DNA of 44,426 bases from a virus (IMGVR_UViG_3300022862_000008:1-44426), one strand, 5' to 3'; counted from the stretch's first letter, positions 25,310-33,625 are shown. Notes: a model not told the origin generated them from the letters alone. A program made the numbers and translations.

Positions 25310-26664
25310 AGGTTGTTTCTCCTACGGGCAGCGACGTCGTTCTCGTCATCCGGCCGGGATTCCAGCCATCTGCGGGTATGGGGCACCAGGGGCGCATTGC
25401 GTTCAACGGACGTCCGCTCTCGGGCGCTGCTCACCGCCGGGAACCTGGTGTGGATGAAGTAGCCGATGGCATCCGGGCCATGGTCGAAGCCGGTCGTCTT
25501 GTCGGGCATGCCGTTGGCGTCGTACGCCTGCTTTTCCAGCGCCTCGGCCAGCTTCGGGCAGCCATAGGGGTTCACCAGCAGGCGACGCTTTCCCTTGGCG
25601 TTGCAGAGCATGGCGTTGACGCTGACCACGCGCGCGCGGATGCGGGGGTTGGCTGCCGGCACGCGAAGGGTGAAGCCGGCGGCACGCAACAGACCAAGAT
25701 CAGAGATGCTGGCGTTGTTGGTGTGGGCGCTGCCACCGCTGGCATCCGGGTATACCGTGATCCGCCGATCGGGAAACCGCTCCTTCAGCGCCTGGATCAT
25801 GGCCGGCGTGTCACGAATCCCGGTCAGCTCCTCCAGCGCCAGCGGCTGGTCTGTGCGGATCACGCAGACGACGGCCGTCATGTTCATGACGTTGAAGTCC
25901 ATTCCCACATGCAGCGGCTCGTCATCGTCGATGGTTGCCGAGGTGCCATTGAGTTTGCGGCTGTAGGTGCCATAGACCGAACCGCTGGTCAGGTTGACGA
26001 AGAGCCCCTCGATGTACGCCTGCACCAACTGCGCCGGATATGTCTCGAACAGGGACGAGATGTAGTCGTCCGGAAGGTTCGCCTCGTTGTCGTAGGTGCT
26101 GGCATGCACCAGGCCGTAGAGCGCGGCCTTCGCCGGCTGCTCGCTCGGCAGCTGTTGGAACTGCTCGTAGACGAAGTTGAACCCCTCGGGGGTCGTGGTC
26201 ACGTCGATGCCGTTCTGCAGGCCGGCAGCCTTCACGCGCAGACGGGCGATGATCTTCCGCCAGGCGTCATGGGCCTTGCGCTTGTTCAGCGTATCGATCT
26301 CATCGACCAAGGCACGCCCGATCTTGAACCCCACGATACTGGCCGGCTTGTCCATCGACCGGCAGATGACCGTGCCGCGGTACTGCCGCCCCGCGTACAG
26401 GTGCACTTCCTTGTTCGACTCGGTGATGTCGGTGCGCAGCCCCCAATCGTGGGCGACCTCCTCGATGGTCGGATAGAAGATGTCGCGGATCTGAGGGTAT
26501 GTGGGCGCGAAGTAGCCGGCCGGCACGCGCGGGTGCTCCCACATGTGCTTGCACAGCGACCCGCAGCCGACCCACGTCTTGCCAGAGCCGAAGCCGCCCA
26601 CGAAGGCACGGAACTTGTTAGGCATCTGGAGGAAGGAAGCCTGGGGCTCGTTAAGCCTGGGCAT
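25306..26664 (-). CDS. terL: Terminase large subunit
   Basis: Walker A GGFGSGKT, Walker B ALVDE, TTTPEG, nuclease GMDFN and DHGPDA. Confidence 0.95.
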   Translation of the reverse strand: MPRLNEPQASFLQMPNKFRAFVGGFGSGKTWVGCGSLCKHMWEHPRVPAGYFAPTYPQIRDIFYPTIEEVAHDWGLRTDITESNKEVHLYAGRQYRGTVICRSMDKPASIVGFKIGRALVDEIDTLNKRKAHDAWRKIIARLRVKAAGLQNGIDVTTTPEGFNFVYEQFQQLPSEQPAKAALYGLVHASTYDNEANLPDDYISSLFETYPAQLVQAYIEGLFVNLTSGSVYGTYSRKLNGTSATIDDDEPLHVGMDFNVMNMTAVVCVIRTDQPLALEELTGIRDTPAMIQALKERFPDRRITVYPDASGGSAHTNNASISDLGLLRAAGFTLRVPAANPRIRARVVSVNAMLCNAKGKRRLLVNPYGCPKLAEALEKQAYDANGMPDKTTGFDHGPDAIGYFIHTRFPAVSSARERTSVERNAPLVPHTRRWLESRPDDENDVAARRRNNL

Positions 26665-27058
26665 GCTTTCTACCGCTGACCACTTCAACTCGCACAGTGG
26701 CCGGCGTGGGTGTGTCGTCCACGTCCGGATCTCGGTCAAGCCCGGCCAGCTTGGCCTTGCCCATCGTGGCTTGGACCATTGCCGCAGCCTGCTCCTTCCC
26801 TCTGGCGACGCCGCGCGCCTCCTCCAGCTCAGCCAGCAGGCTGGCGATGGTCACGCCATGAGCTGTCTGGACAGCTGCACGCAGCTCATCGAGCCTTGCG
26901 GCGATCTTGCGGTTGTCGAGCAGTTCCTTGGCCGAGCGGTTCACCGTCTCCGGCTTCATGGCCTTGGCGTTGTAACTGAGCCGGTATGCCTCGCTGGCGT
27001 TGCCGGTCTCCTGATACCGCTGGCAGAAGGCCTCCTGCTTCGGGGTCAGGGCTCCCAT
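26651..27058 (-). CDS. terS: Terminase small subunit
   Basis: LTPKQEAFCQRY..TGNASEAYRLSY HTH; adjacent to terL. Confidence 0.92.
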   Translation of the reverse strand: MGALTPKQEAFCQRYQETGNASEAYRLSYNAKAMKPETVNRSAKELLDNRKIAARLDELRAAVQTAHGVTIASLLAELEEARGVARGKEQAAAMVQATMGKAKLAGLDRDPDVDDTPTPATVRVEVVSGRKHAQA

Positions 27059-27354
27059 GCCGCCACACCTACGACGCACGGGCCAAAATCGGCAGTTCCC
27101 AGGGTGCAAAGGTCGGCGCCATCCGAGACGCCCGCCGCAAGGCGGCTGCCCTGTGCTGCCTGCACGCTGTTGTCGACACCTGCGTGCTGGTCGCCCCGGT
27201 ACTCTTCGGCGCCCCGGGTGGCGCCCTCACGGGTGTTCCAAAACGGGAGCGGCTCGCGGGTGATGCCCGCCACGGTGCCATCCGCCCTCACGACCGAAGC
27301 GTGCAGGTCGGACAGGGCGTGAAGTCGGGTGCGGAACGTCTGGCGGTCGCTCAT
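27046..27354 (-). CDS. Hypothetical protein
   Basis: ORF starts 6 nt after a late-promoter -10 box and overlaps the terS start. Confidence 0.5.
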   Translation of the reverse strand: MSDRQTFRTRLHALSDLHASVVRADGTVAGITREPLPFWNTREGATRGAEEYRGDQHAGVDNSVQAAQGSRLAAGVSDGADLCTLGTADFGPCVVGVAAWEP

Positions 27355-27361
27355 GACCCCA

Positions 27362-27898
27362 TTACGCCCTGGCTGTGCAGAGGTTCAACGGAGGGTGCTG
27401 GCTTCTGCCGCGGCACTTGCTCTGGCGCGAAGCCAGATGGCACAGCGCCTCGGCGAAGGCGCCGTGGAATCCCCAAAGGTCGAACTGCTCTGGGACGTCC
27501 CTCAGCTCTCGCCCCATCTCTGCAAAGTGGAACGCCAGGTCCTCGGCGATGTCCTCCACCCCCGGGCATCCCGAGATGCTGCCGTCGCTGTGCCGGCCCG
27601 CGTACTCGCACACGAACCAATCCGCGTGGCTGCTGGCCATAGTGTCGGCACTGACCGATTCACTGCGCAGAGCGTAGACCCGACCGTCCGGGTCGGCGAA
27701 CACGACAGTGCTGCAGCTCCTGGCCCGGCGGACTTCCTTCACCTTTGCGAGCGCACGCTCGGCCACCCGCTGCACATCGGCCTTCACCGTCACCACCCCT
27801 ACAGGCAGGGCCGGCCGATGGAACTGACGGTGAGGCGCCTTGTCCATGGTGCTGGACCGACGGGCTCGATCAACGGATTGGAGGCGTGCAGTGCTCAT
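27362..27898 (-). CDS. Hypothetical protein (start uncertain)
   Basis: Protein-like core VFADPDGRVYAL...IAEDL; an internal promoter motif suggests a later start. Confidence 0.5.
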   Translation of the reverse strand: MSTARLQSVDRARRSSTMDKAPHRQFHRPALPVGVVTVKADVQRVAERALAKVKEVRRARSCSTVVFADPDGRVYALRSESVSADTMASSHADWFVCEYAGRHSDGSISGCPGVEDIAEDLAFHFAEMGRELRDVPEQFDLWGFHGAFAEALCHLASRQSKCRGRSQHPPLNLCTARA

Positions 27899-27901
27899 AG
27901 G

Positions 27902-28129
27902 TCACCCTGCCCTCTGTGTGTACTTGCGAGCTGCTCGGCCAGCGGCATAGCGCATGGATCCATGCTTGCCAGCGAAGCGAACGGTGCCGCTGATGGTCAT
28001 TTGGCCAAGGGCGCTGGTCAGCCTCTTCCTGTCCGGGCCTCGCGCACCCATACCGTCGGCCACGTCGCCGGCGAAGTGCCAGCCCGGGTTGTCGGCCAGC
28101 CACTGCCTGATCTGTGCGGCGCGGGTCAT
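27902..28129 (-). CDS. Small winged-helix-like protein
   Basis: MTRAAQIRQWLADNPG...DVADGM...LTSALGQM; ATGA-coupled to rusA. Confidence 0.6.
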   Translation of the reverse strand: MTRAAQIRQWLADNPGWHFAGDVADGMGARGPDRKRLTSALGQMTISGTVRFAGKHGSMRYAAGRAARKYTQRAG

Positions 28130-28470
28130 GCGGCCTCCAGCGTGATTTCCAGACGAGGATTCGCCCGGTCCAGCCCAGCGCGGCGGATGCTCAGCTCCAC
28201 GATCTGGCTGTCGTCCTCGTAGACCCCCGCGTGGGCCAGCGCGTCCAGCGGGGCTTTCAGCAGGTTGTCCACGTCCCGGCGGCGGTTGTCCGGAACCCAC
28301 GCCTCGATACGGACGGCGACCTGAGCCTGGCCGAACCGCTCCGCAGCAATCGCCGCGGCGACGGCTCGGACGCGGTATTCCCGACCATGGGCCGAGATCA
28401 ACATGCGGCCGCGGAAGGTGCGCCAGTAGGTGTTGACCGAGGGTGGCCACGGGAGGATCAGCAGGCTCAT
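28126..28470 (-). CDS. rusA: RusA Holliday junction resolvase
   Basis: LPWPPSVNTYWR and RRRDVDNLLK..LDAL..AG...DDSQI motifs. Confidence 0.93.
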   Translation of the reverse strand: MSLLILPWPPSVNTYWRTFRGRMLISAHGREYRVRAVAAAIAAERFGQAQVAVRIEAWVPDNRRRDVDNLLKAPLDALAHAGVYEDDSQIVELSIRRAGLDRANPRLEITLEAA

Positions 28471-28754
28471 GCCGCCAACCTCCCCTGCCCGTTGAGCCTG
28501 GCCAGTGTCACCGCCAGCGCGTCGATCTCGTCCATCTTCATGACGGTCCACATCACCCGGCGGCCATGCAGGCCGTTGGCGCTGCCCTGGTGGCAGTCCT
28601 TGCACAGGGCGACCACCGTGAAGTGCTGGCCCTGCTTGATGTGGTGGGCATCGGACGGCGCCGGGGCGTCGCAGACTGAGCACGGCAGCCACTTCACCGC
28701 TTCGATGTGGGCGGACTCGGCCGCGGTGAAGGCCTTGGAGTTCTTCGTCCTCAT
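28467..28754 (-). CDS. Zn-binding HNH-like nuclease (Ref/DUF968-like)
   Basis: LPCSVC...DAHHI...VALCKDCH motifs. Confidence 0.75.
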   Translation of the reverse strand: MRTKNSKAFTAAESAHIEAVKWLPCSVCDAPAPSDAHHIKQGQHFTVVALCKDCHQGSANGLHGRRVMWTVMKMDEIDALAVTLARLNGQGRLAA

Positions 28755-28999
28755 GGCGAGGCCATCCAGAACCCATACGCGGCACAGGCCGCGATGCCGA
28801 GCCCGAGGCTCCAGAAGGCGCCGGTGAAGTACATCACCCACGCTACCCATGCCTGCCAGTCCTTGAAGTTGTCGAGCGGGTTGCGGCCGTCGAGCACGCG
28901 GTCCACGAGCCACAGCAAGCCCCGAAACGCCGGAATAGTCACTCCGAAGAAAATCAGCGGGAACGCTGCGATGCTGAGAACATCCAGAATGACCGCCAT
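28751..28999 (-). CDS. Small membrane protein
   Basis: Two hydrophobic segments; coupled at both ends. Confidence 0.6.
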   Translation of the reverse strand: MAVILDVLSIAAFPLIFFGVTIPAFRGLLWLVDRVLDGRNPLDNFKDWQAWVAWVMYFTGAFWSLGLGIAACAAYGFWMASP

Positions 29000-29475
29000 C
29001 ACGCAGCCCTCCGCACCGGCCCGAAGTCGGCCATCTCGTCCTGCGCGCGGGCGGACCACCTCACGCCACGCTCGGCGCCAAAGGCGTGCACGAACTCCAG
29101 CAGCTCGCCCATCTTCCGGCGGGTGTACTGGCTGGTCCGGGCGCCGAGCATGACCGTGCCGCCGCCGATGCCCTGGGCCTGCTTCGTCTCCTGCTCGAAC
29201 GCTGCGGTCAGAACGGCCTTCCAGCTGTCGGTGTCCATCAGGCCAATCTTCCATTCGCCGCCCTTGGTGTGCGGCCATTCGACCTGGCGCGCGATGTCGG
29301 CCAGCGTCGCCCACATGCAGGCGTTCGAATCCAGCGTGCGCTTCGGCTCCCGGACCTCGACGTCGAAGTCTTCGCCGTCCAGCGCCCGGCGGCGGATCTC
29401 GGCCACGGCCCCGTCTATCACCAGAGGCAGGCGGGGGTTGTCCCGGCGTGCTGCGAATAGGCGCTTGCCGGTCAT
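28999..29475 (-). CDS. ninB: NinB-family recombination protein
   Basis: KRTLDSNACMWATLADIARQVEW...WK...TS......M.ELLEFV.AFGAERGV.W motifs. Confidence 0.9.
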   Translation of the reverse strand: MTGKRLFAARRDNPRLPLVIDGAVAEIRRRALDGEDFDVEVREPKRTLDSNACMWATLADIARQVEWPHTKGGEWKIGLMDTDSWKAVLTAAFEQETKQAQGIGGGTVMLGARTSQYTRRKMGELLEFVHAFGAERGVRWSARAQDEMADFGPVRRAA

Positions 29476-29624
29476 CGCGTGGTCCTTGCCATGAAGTAGC
29501 AAGCAAGCGCGCATGCGGAACAGAACGAGGCCGAAGCTATGTTCACCACACTGCCGGCGAGCGCCCAAGGGAGGTTGATTGCGACCATCAGCAAGCAAAA
29601 CCACACAGGCAAGTACCTTTTCAT
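29472..29624 (-). CDS. Small hydrophobic protein (50 aa)
   Basis: ATGA coupling, GGAGAG RBS, two hydrophobic stretches. Confidence 0.5.
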   Translation of the reverse strand: MKRYLPVWFCLLMVAINLPWALAGSVVNIASASFCSACALACYFMARTTR

Positions 29625-29803
29625 GCCGCCCTCTCCCTCTTGATCTCGCTGTCTCGTTCGTCCCAGCCGGCCTGCCATGCCTTGCGCAGCTCGTGGCCGT
29701 CTGGACCCATTTCGTACATCGGGACCGACTCCCGGCCCTTAGCGGCCTCGCGCATCCATCGGCCGGCTTGGTGTGCGTTGCGCTTTTCGTCAATGCCGGC
29801 CAT
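29621..29803 (-). CDS. Rmf/CrpP-like small protein
   Basis: AHQAG...GRESVPMY...RKAWQAGW pattern. Confidence 0.5.
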   Translation of the reverse strand: MAGIDEKRNAHQAGRWMREAAKGRESVPMYEMGPDGHELRKAWQAGWDERDSEIKRERAA

Positions 29804-29954
29804 GCCGCAACCTCGCCACTTCCACGATCGATTCGGCAGTGATGTGCGACACGCGGTAGACCGCCATCACGTCAGCGACAACCTGGCGAGTGGTGAGCGC
29901 GAGCATCGCGGTAGGGATCCCGTCGGCCAGCCTCTGGAGCTTCTGGATGTTCAT
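29790..29954 (-). CDS. Small hypothetical protein (54 aa; not in the ORF track)
   Basis: Hand translation MNIQKLQRLADGIPTAML...; GGAGG RBS; ATGA coupling. Confidence 0.55.
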   Translation of the reverse strand: MNIQKLQRLADGIPTAMLALTTRQVVADVMAVYRVSHITAESIVEVARLRHGRH

Positions 29955-30316
29955 CGCCGGCCTCCGACCTTTCGGCCTGACCTCAGGCCCCAGCCCAGCT
30001 CGGCTGCTGCCGCCTCGACGCGCTCGGGGTTCGCGGGGATCGGAACTTTGGCCAGCACCAGCTGCTCGCGCGGCGGCATCGCCTCAAGCAGATCAGCCGG
30101 CGTCGGCCACGTCTTGCGCTGGCGGCAGAGCACGGCGAACCCGCGCTTGAACCGCGGCGCGTCGAGCTGGGCGTCGTACTGCCGGCCCTCAGTGATTGCC
30201 TCCAGCCAGACGGCGGCGGTCAGCTGGATGACCTCCGCTGCCGGCGTACGCTCCAGGCCTAAGCACATCAAGCGCTTCAGCCCCTCCGAAATTTCCCGTT
30301 TGATCCAGTCCGCCAT
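29951..30316 (-). CDS. Replication-region protein (possible helicase loader)
   Basis: Follows the initiator gene; W.EAI...F..L......WPTPADL pattern. Confidence 0.6.
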   Translation of the reverse strand: MADWIKREISEGLKRLMCLGLERTPAAEVIQLTAAVWLEAITEGRQYDAQLDAPRFKRGFAVLCRQRKTWPTPADLLEAMPPREQLVLAKVPIPANPERVEAAAAELGWGLRSGRKVGGRR

Positions 30317-31043
30317 TTCCGAAATCCTCCAATGCGATCAAGCCCTGCGCCGTTTTCCCGATCTGCTGGACGTTCCCCGGCCCAGCACGAGCGCCGCGCG
30401 GCGCGTCGGCACGGCGGATCCAGTTGCGCCAGGTGCTGTGCCAGTTCGCCTTTCGCCCCTTGGCGCCAGCGACGCCGTGCCAGTAGTCGCGGAACTTCTC
30501 AGCCTCCGCGCGCCAGTCGACCTCGGGGCGTTCGGCAATCGCGAAATCGATGTCCTCGGCAGAAGGCGCCCATCCGTCGGGGAGTCGTGAGCCGTTCGGC
30601 GAACGCCTCGCTCCTGCTTTTTGCTCTTCTGTTTGGTTACTGGTGTCTGGTGTCTGGAGAGCATTGCCTTCGCTATGCGCTTGCATTGCGTCCGCATTGC
30701 GACCGCATTCCGAAGGCATTGCATCCCTGCTCCACCGGGCATTCGCACTGGCGCGGGCCTTGTCCTGCTTGGCCTGGTAGCGCTCGATCTCTTCGTCGGC
30801 GCGCTTGTTGTGCCAGCCGTCAGCCTCCTGCACGAAGAACTCGGCCAGCACCACCTCTACCGCTTCGATCTCTTCCGGGGAGCGGGCGCCGGCCAGGCGC
30901 GCTACTTGACGAACCTCGACCGGAAGCGGCTCTTCCTGCAGGTAGTACCGGCGCAGCAGGCGCGAGTAGATCGCGTCCTCCAACAGCGACAGGTGGGCCG
31001 TCGCTGCTGCGTAGTCGCCGATGTGGTGCTCGTAGTAGTTCAT
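30189..31043 (-). CDS. Replication initiator, DUF1376/YdaU family
   Basis: MNYYEHHIGDY...LS..E..IY.RLL..YY..E.PLP N-domain; FRDYW...W..TWRNW C-domain. Confidence 0.87.
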   Translation of the reverse strand: MNYYEHHIGDYAAATAHLSLLEDAIYSRLLRRYYLQEEPLPVEVRQVARLAGARSPEEIEAVEVVLAEFFVQEADGWHNKRADEEIERYQAKQDKARASANARWSRDAMPSECGRNADAMQAHSEGNALQTPDTSNQTEEQKAGARRSPNGSRLPDGWAPSAEDIDFAIAERPEVDWRAEAEKFRDYWHGVAGAKGRKANWHSTWRNWIRRADAPRGARAGPGNVQQIGKTAQGLIALEDFGNGGLDQTGNFGGAEALDVLRPGAYAGSGGHPADRRRLAGGNH

Positions 31044-31046
31044 GGC

Positions 31047-31364
31047 TCAGGCGGCTCGCGGAGCGTCGTCCGTCAGGCTGGTGATGGGGAACCACGTGCA
31101 ACCGTTGCGCCCGTTGCTGGCCGAGCACTTGCGAACGGCGCCCCGCACGATCAGCCCGTTGCGAGCCAGCTCCGGGAGGCGGCGGGCGAGCATGAAGCGG
31201 TCGAGGCCCGTGGCGCGCGCCAGCTCCAAGCTGGTGAGGCCCGGGTGCTTGCGTACGGCAGAGGCGGCGACGGAGTGCTGCTGGGCCTGCAGTCCAGACG
31301 ACACGATGTGCGCAGCGGCCTCGTGGCTGCTGCTGGGATCGGCGGTACGTGCGGGATGATTCAT
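31047..31364 (-). CDS. Winged-helix DNA-binding protein
   Basis: AR..DP.SSHEAA and PGLTSLELA...RRLPEL...GL motifs. Confidence 0.75.
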   Translation of the reverse strand: MNHPARTADPSSSHEAAAHIVSSGLQAQQHSVAASAVRKHPGLTSLELARATGLDRFMLARRLPELARNGLIVRGAVRKCSASNGRNGCTWFPITSLTDDAPRAA

Positions 31365-31493
31365 TGCCAGCTCCTCAGCCCTTGATCGGGCGGGCATGCA
31401 ACGGGATGACGCGATCGGCGCGGGCCTTCTCGGTGCCGGACTTCAGGCTCCCGGGATTGAAAGCGCGCCACGGGTGGTTCTTGGCAGGTGCGC

Positions 31494-31859
31494 TCACGGC
31501 CAGCGGATCCCGAGCTTGTTGAGCGTCCCGCTCAGGGCTTCGAGGTGCTTCTGCAGCTCGGCCATGGCCTCGGCGGTCGCGGCCTCGGGGGTGATCAGAT
31601 ACCGTTCCATGAGGTAGTGGATCGGGGAGACATCGCGCGTCTCGGCGATGTACTTCTCCAGGTCGTCGATCGACAGGCCGCGGGGCTTGCCGCCGCTGTC
31701 TGCGCCGGCGAGCTTCTCGCTCAGCTTCGAAGGGGCCATGTCCAGGCGGCCGGCGACTGCCGTCACCCCTGCCCCGCTGTAGACCTTGCTGGCGATGTGT
31801 TCGCGGAGCGTGCGATTGCGGGTGAGGCCGTCTTCGTAGGTAATCGTGAGGCTTTTCAT
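31494..31859 (-). CDS. CII-like transcriptional regulator
   Basis: GVTAVAGRLDMAPSKLSEKL HTH; position directly after cro. Confidence 0.7.
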   Translation of the reverse strand: MKSLTITYEDGLTRNRTLREHIASKVYSGAGVTAVAGRLDMAPSKLSEKLAGADSGGKPRGLSIDDLEKYIAETRDVSPIHYLMERYLITPEAATAEAMAELQKHLEALSGTLNKLGIRWP

Positions 31860-31896
31860 GCAGTTATCTCGTTGGTGGGAACGCTGGGGTATTCGT

Positions 31897-31930
31897 GTTC
31901 CCCTGCGTTCCCCTGCTTGGTCGTGAAAAT
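31897..31930 (+). promoter_or_regulatory. Putative pRE-like CII-dependent promoter
   Basis: Tandem GTTCCCCTGC x2 gives TTCC-N6-TTCC flanking a -35 position 17 bp from GAAAAT. Confidence 0.5.
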
Positions 31931-31992
31931 GGCCGCTCACCGAAACGGAGAGCGGCCAGATGGAAATTCAGATCAGGGACGAAGCGGCCATG

Positions 31993-32199
31993 TCAGGCGG
32001 CCTTCTTGCGGCGGGATGCAGCGGCGGGCTTGAACAGGTCGGGCCGCTTCTGAGCCGCCCGCCAGCACCACGCATCCGGCAGTTGGTCGTGGTCCCCACG
32101 GCCGGTCATCGACTGGCGCGGGAGGCCGAGGAAGCGGGCGAACTCGGCGTTCGTTTCGATGCCGAGGGCGGTCTTTGCTTGGGCCAAGGTCGGATTCAT
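31993..32199 (-). CDS. cro: Cro-like protein
   Basis: 68-aa HTH (NAEFARFLGLPRQSM) with RPDLF ending; divergent from the repressor. Confidence 0.8.
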   Translation of the reverse strand: MNPTLAQAKTALGIETNAEFARFLGLPRQSMTGRGDHDQLPDAWCWRAAQKRPDLFKPAAASRRKKAA

Positions 32200-32205
32200 G
32201 GCGAC

Positions 32206-32271
32206 AGTAAATCATCGGTTACCGGTGGTAGTCAACCATGATTTCCACATTTCCGTCAATCATTCGTTACA
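32206..32271. promoter_or_regulatory. OR: three 18-bp operators at 24-bp spacing with pR
   Basis: AGTAAATCATCGGTTACC (32206), AGTCAACCATGATTTCCA (32230), CGTCAATCATTCGTTACA (32254); minus-strand TTGACT-N18-TTTACT. Confidence 0.8.
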
Positions 32272-32765
32272 TGAGCATTGGCGCCCGACTAGAGGAGCTG
32301 CGGAAGGCCTCGCAGCTGACCCAGCAACAGATGGCTGACATCGTCGGGACGACGAAGCAGTACGTCGGTCGCCTGGAAAAAGGCCTGAACCAAAATCCAA
32401 ACGGGGTGTTTCTGACCGGATGGGCACGCCACTTTGCCGTAAGCCCAAGGTGGCTGTCGTCCGGCGAAGGCCCCCGATACGCGACCGAGCGCACAGCGTC
32501 TCAGTCAGCGCGACCCGACTTCGGCAAGCTGGCCGCGTCGGTTCTACTTCTTCGTCACTACCTGGACTTCACCGGCGAACCGGCCGAGTGGATCAGCGAC
32601 GAAGTTCTATTGGAAACGGCGTTCGAGGTGGTCGAGGAGTTCGGCGCAGAGGTCCGCGCTGACAATGTGTTCGACCTGACAAAGGTTCTGGCAAAGAAAA
32701 TCAGGGGTGGAGCGGATGCACAAGGACAGCAGGTTCGAGGAACTCGCGCAGCGGTTGGCACTTAG
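32271..32765 (+). CDS. cI: CI-like XRE repressor without a recognisable S24 peptidase domain
   Basis: IGARLEELRKASQLTQQQMADIVG...VSPRWLSSGEG XRE HTH. Confidence 0.87.
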   Translation: MSIGARLEELRKASQLTQQQMADIVGTTKQYVGRLEKGLNQNPNGVFLTGWARHFAVSPRWLSSGEGPRYATERTASQSARPDFGKLAASVLLLRHYLDFTGEPAEWISDEVLLETAFEVVEEFGAEVRADNVFDLTKVLAKKIRGGADAQGQQVRGTRAAVGT

Positions 32766-33075
32766 GACTGCACAGCTTCGCGGGGAGGCGCAGGAGGCTC
32801 GCCCTGCCCTGCGCCTGGTGGTCGAACAAGCTCCGCAAGGCATGGACTTCATCCTGCGCGAGTCACATTGCCGGATGATCCGCCACTTCCGTCGCCGCTG
32901 GGGCTCTTCAATGCAGATGCTCATCGATCAGGCTTGTTTCGGCTACACCGGCATTGAGGCTCTTCCCGATGACGATCTCATCCAGCTCCATCGCGACCTA
33001 GAGCGCGCCCAAGACTGTATGCGCGATGGTGTTTCCTTCGAAGATGCCGGACTTCTTCGCTCACGATACGGGTGA
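32716..33075 (+). CDS. Hypothetical protein in the repressor operon
   Basis: 119-aa ORF overlapping the cI end; GGAG RBS. Confidence 0.7.
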   Translation: MHKDSRFEELAQRLALRTAQLRGEAQEARPALRLVVEQAPQGMDFILRESHCRMIRHFRRRWGSSMQMLIDQACFGYTGIEALPDDDLIQLHRDLERAQDCMRDGVSFEDAGLLRSRYG

Positions 33076-33078
33076 ACA

Positions 33079-33540
33079 ATGGCTCTGAATGCGCTTCTAT
33101 TCGCGGTGGCACTCGCCAGCGGCCCTGCCGTCACTGATGAGGATAGAGCCACAATTGAGCAAGCCACTCGCACGGCGGACACCTTCGCCTACTGCGCTGG
33201 AGTGTGGGATTTCTTTGCCGCAGCTGAAGCAGCTGGTGATCGCCCCGCTTCCGCAGAGCAGTTCCGCAACATGGGGAATGGAGCGCAAACTGCCGCTCTC
33301 TGGACGCATGCCAAGGCCCACCTGGCCTCTGGCGGGAAGCCAGCCCGTTATGGCGCATGGCTGCCTCTCGTCACGCCGAAGCGCCAAGCGGCGAACCTGC
33401 AACTGCACGCCGCGCTGGAACACGGCGACGTCGAACGCGCCAAGCGTGAAGGCGAGACATGCCGAGGAATGCTGGAGTCGCAGCAGATGGCGATTGATTA
33501 CTTGCGCCAGGACCAAGTAGACCTCGAAACAGGGCCGTAA
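33079..33540 (+). CDS. Exported protein in the repressor operon
   Basis: Signal-peptide-like MALNALLFAVALA; helical body with two Cys. Confidence 0.7.
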   Translation: MALNALLFAVALASGPAVTDEDRATIEQATRTADTFAYCAGVWDFFAAAEAAGDRPASAEQFRNMGNGAQTAALWTHAKAHLASGGKPARYGAWLPLVTPKRQAANLQLHAALEHGDVERAKREGETCRGMLESQQMAIDYLRQDQVDLETGP

Positions 33541-33566
33541 TCTGAACGAAACTGCGTTCGTTCAGA
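33541..33566. terminator. Perfect 10-bp hairpin between the repressor operon and pL
   Basis: TCTGAACGAA-actgcg-TTCGTTCAGA; no clear U-tract. Confidence 0.5.
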
Positions 33567-33583
33567 AATAAAATCGGCTTTTA

Positions 33584-33625
33584 AGTAACTTTTAATTGAC
33601 TGGCACAAGTAACCGATGGTTTACT
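33584..33625 (+). promoter_or_regulatory. OL: two 18-bp operators with pL
   Basis: AGTAACTTTTAATTGACT (33584), AGTAACCGATGGTTTACT (33608); TTGACT-N18-TTTACT, same geometry as pR. Confidence 0.8.
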
